Below, piece after piece: positions 61,630-64,000 of a stretch of 64,000 nt of DNA (positions are counted from its first letter, which is position 1; every line of letters begins with the position of its first letter). Under the pieces are notes generated by a model. It ran no database searches. It saw only the letters and a list, made by a program, of their open reading frames with translations, and was not told the DNA's origin. The stretch lies in the IMG/VR virus record IMGVR_UViG_3300028805_000095; one strand, written 5' to 3'. Position numbers and translations under genes: made by a program. The DNA is from an uncultured virus (IMG/VR IMGVR_UViG_3300028805_000095). Taxonomy: Duplodnaviria > Heunggongvirae > Uroviricota > Caudoviricetes.

Positions 61630-61799
61630 TGAAGGTTTGGCTTGCTTAGGACCTTCATAAAAACCTGTTCCCAACGATGATTTCTAAAGAGCAAGTAGAA
61701 TCATCTGGCAAGGGCGGAAGATAAAAAACTTGGGAAGGTGTGACGAACGGTTGGGGTGTCCTCGACGTTTAGTAGTCCGTGCTTAGAGTTACCCTTGCA
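61630..61799 (+). ncRNA. pseudoknotted structured RNA candidate 3' of the tRNA-like element
   Basis: Two hairpins with complementary loops plus crossing helices TTCCCAA/TTGGGAA and GCAAGGG/CCCTTGC. Confidence 0.5.
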
Positions 61800-61829
61800 T
61801 TTAAATATATATTTGGAGGTATTATATAA

Positions 61830-62039
61830 TTGGATAATAAATATTGTAAATGGGTCATAAGACCTGGGACTAGTGGAAGTTTATGGGCTCATACACCATG
61901 TAAACATGGATTTAATTATCTAAGTAAAATAAGTAGACCTAGTGAGGTAGAAGATGCATATAATGGAAGATTATGCCCTATATGTGGTAGAACTATTAAG
62001 ATAGATATGTCATTAATGGTAGATGATATGGAGGTGTGA
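61830..62039 (+). CDS. zinc-ribbon hypothetical protein
   Basis: TTG start after GGAGG; CPICG. Confidence 0.6.
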   Translation: MDNKYCKWVIRPGTSGSLWAHTPCKHGFNYLSKISRPSEVEDAYNGRLCPICGRTIKIDMSLMVDDMEV

Positions 62040-62047
62040 GGTAATAT

Positions 62048-62383
62048 ATGCTAAGTAAACAAGAGTTATGGAATAAAGCTGGAACTAGTGAGATTATTAC
62101 TAGAGATGATTTAGGTGTAGATCCATCGGATAATGATTACGGATTTGTAATATTAAATGAAGGATTTACACTAAAATCTTTAGATAAAAGGAGGCTGAAT
62201 AAAATGAATGGTACTATAGAGATTCCTGCAGAATTAATAGAGACATTTGAAACTTATAAGACAAAATACGCTGAATTAGAAAAGCGTAAAGCATCTGGAG
62301 AACCTTCTATTGATCACTGGAGATTAAACTCTGAAGTTAGTAAGATGGAACAACAGATACTTGAATACATAAGAGGTTTATAA
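62048..62383 (+). CDS. hypothetical protein
   Basis: 111 aa, GAGGT RBS. Confidence 0.65.
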   Translation: MLSKQELWNKAGTSEIITRDDLGVDPSDNDYGFVILNEGFTLKSLDKRRLNKMNGTIEIPAELIETFETYKTKYAELEKRKASGEPSIDHWRLNSEVSKMEQQILEYIRGL

Positions 62384-62386
62384 TAT

Positions 62387-62614
62387 ATGGATACTAAAGA
62401 TGGTAATCATAAAGTTACTTTGAAAATAGGATGTTCATGGACAACTATTTTACAAATTGTCTTTATAATACTTAAGCTTTGTAAAGTTATTAACTGGAAA
62501 TGGATCTGGGTATTGGCTCCTACATGGATGAGTATTTGTTTAGCAATAGTAGCTTTTATGATATTTATATTCATATGTGTTCTACGTGGTTATATTAAAA
62601 AGAAGAGGGATTAA
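62387..62614 (+). CDS. small two-TM membrane protein
   Basis: LQIVFIILKLCKVINWKWIWVLAPTW, a common phage membrane motif. Confidence 0.7.
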   Translation: MDTKDGNHKVTLKIGCSWTTILQIVFIILKLCKVINWKWIWVLAPTWMSICLAIVAFMIFIFICVLRGYIKKKRD

Positions 62615-62679
62615 ATTTCCCTCTTCTTTTATTTTTATCTATAACACCCATATAATTAATATATAGGAGGTAATTAACC

Positions 62680-62880
62680 ATGGCTAATATTGGATCATGT
62701 ATGGGTGATGGTATTAATAAATGTGATTATTGTGAATTTAGAGATTTATGTTCTATTAGAAATGAAATAGATTCTACAGATAGTGGCGATCCTTGTGAAG
62801 GATGTCCTGGTCCTAATAATGGTAATAACTCTGATAAGAAATTATATCCTAATTACTTAAGATGGTGGACTAAAGGATGA
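62680..62880 (+). CDS. Cys-rich hypothetical protein
   Basis: AGGAGGT RBS; AACA-N6-TA at 62643-62654. Confidence 0.6.
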   Translation: MANIGSCMGDGINKCDYCEFRDLCSIRNEIDSTDSGDPCEGCPGPNNGNNSDKKLYPNYLRWWTKG

Positions 62881-62917
62881 TATTTTAATAATTTATAACC
62901 CTTATCACTTAAATATA

Positions 62918-63370
62918 ATGCCAGAGAAAGTTATATTTATAGGAAGGGAATCTTTTATGTCACATAAGAAAATGTTTAAATTTGGAAGTAGAGGAGTTGA
63001 GATAATCTGTAAAGAAGATTTAACCGTAGAGAAGTTAATTGATAGAGATATTATTAAGTCTTATATGATTAAATCTAAAGACCATAAGTATGCTTTGATA
63101 CAGTGTACTAAGAAGTATTTCATTGTAGCATATTTAGGTCAGGAATGTGGGTATATAGAAAACAAGAGAACTAAGACTAGAGATTTATTTGAATTTGAAT
63201 GTCCTGAAGAAGACATATCATTCTTTAAGTTAAAGAAGTATAAGTCATCAAATCACACATATGATTATGAGAATGAAGATTCAGATAATGAGAGAACTAT
63301 GATATTTAAAGAGGGAGTTTTCTATCTTAATTCGAAAGGATATACACATCATGAAAAAGAAAGAGCTTGA
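62918..63370 (+). CDS. hypothetical protein
   Basis: Up to 150 aa ORF; start uncertain. Confidence 0.55.
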   Translation: MPEKVIFIGRESFMSHKKMFKFGSRGVEIICKEDLTVEKLIDRDIIKSYMIKSKDHKYALIQCTKKYFIVAYLGQECGYIENKRTKTRDLFEFECPEEDISFFKLKKYKSSNHTYDYENEDSDNERTMIFKEGVFYLNSKGYTHHEKERA

Positions 63371-63881
63371 GAAAGCAATAGCATTGTATGATACTATTGA
63401 AGGTGCTGTATTAGTTGATAATTATATAGCAAAATTATATAAAGAAGAGATTGACGAATTAGCTACATTCGTTAAGAAAGTAAGTGAAGATGTATTATCT
63501 ACACCTAAACATGTTAAAGCGCATGGTTTTATTGAGGATATTAAGAAGACTTATTTAGTACAACTTAATGAGACTAATCAAGTAGTTATAGTATTAACTA
63601 TTGATACTGAACCATTTGATAGTGTTGAATATGGTAAATATGATGTAGATATAGCATTATCATTTAGAATATTTGATAAATCTACATGGTTAGATCAGTT
63701 CGTGGTTACTGGTGTTGGTAAACATGGTGGAATGGATTTAGACGAATTCCAAGATTGGGTGTTATTACTTAGATTCTTATGTACTAAGAAGAAAGAGAAT
63801 GCTAAATATATTCCCACGAATGAACAGATGATAGTCAATATTCTAAACGATGTTGAAAAGACATTAGAAGGAAAAGACTAA
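63351..63881 (+). CDS. hypothetical protein
   Basis: 176 aa ORF followed by a terminator. Confidence 0.65.
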   Translation: MKKKELEKAIALYDTIEGAVLVDNYIAKLYKEEIDELATFVKKVSEDVLSTPKHVKAHGFIEDIKKTYLVQLNETNQVVIVLTIDTEPFDSVEYGKYDVDIALSFRIFDKSTWLDQFVVTGVGKHGGMDLDEFQDWVLLLRFLCTKKKENAKYIPTNEQMIVNILNDVEKTLEGKD

Positions 63882-63886
63882 TATAA

Positions 63887-63922
63887 AACCACTAGAGCAT
63901 AACGCTCTAGTGGTATATTTTT
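63887..63922 (+). terminator. intrinsic terminator
   Basis: ACCACTAGAGC-ATAAC-GCTCTAGTGGT then a T-rich tract. Confidence 0.75.
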
Positions 63923-64000
63923 TATATTATTACCCAACCGATGGTTTCTCCACCTTTAACATCAGTAACTCTGATTCTATTGTTCAATATTCTAGCATTA

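Overview
An AT-rich fragment of a jumbo bacteriophage resembling the AR9/PBS1 and phiKZ group; the host is probably a Clostridia/Lachnospiraceae-type Firmicute (inference). It encodes split multisubunit RNA polymerase subunits from two enzymes, type IIA topoisomerase B/A, RecA/UvsX, NAD-dependent ligase, SbcC/Rad50, a Dda/RecD-like helicase, a soluble FtsH-like protease and a 3086-aa virion protein with peptidoglycan hydrolase domains. The main system is a TIGR-Tas-like RNA-guided locus: three dual-repeat arrays (about 50 units of ~37 nt, AATGAATCA-N8-11-RATATTTCA-N8-11) surround a Nop/IS110-domain gene that lacks a nuclease. Two of the arrays directly follow paralogs of one uncharacterised gene. 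Other highlights: (1) a 10-nt ACT-TAG-TTGA-ACT insert in the helicase Walker A, a candidate ribosomal bypass; (2) a beta' gene split by one group II and two group I introns, with an 18-nt micro-exon and an intron inside ADFD|GD; (3) non-canonical splice sites; (4) a recurrent I-I-x-P-F-x-F peptide motif in unrelated nucleic-acid proteins; (5) a structured-RNA cluster bounded by anticodon-defective tRNA-like elements; (6) a homing-endonuclease insertion scar at sbcC. All calls come from reading motifs by eye; no searches were run.
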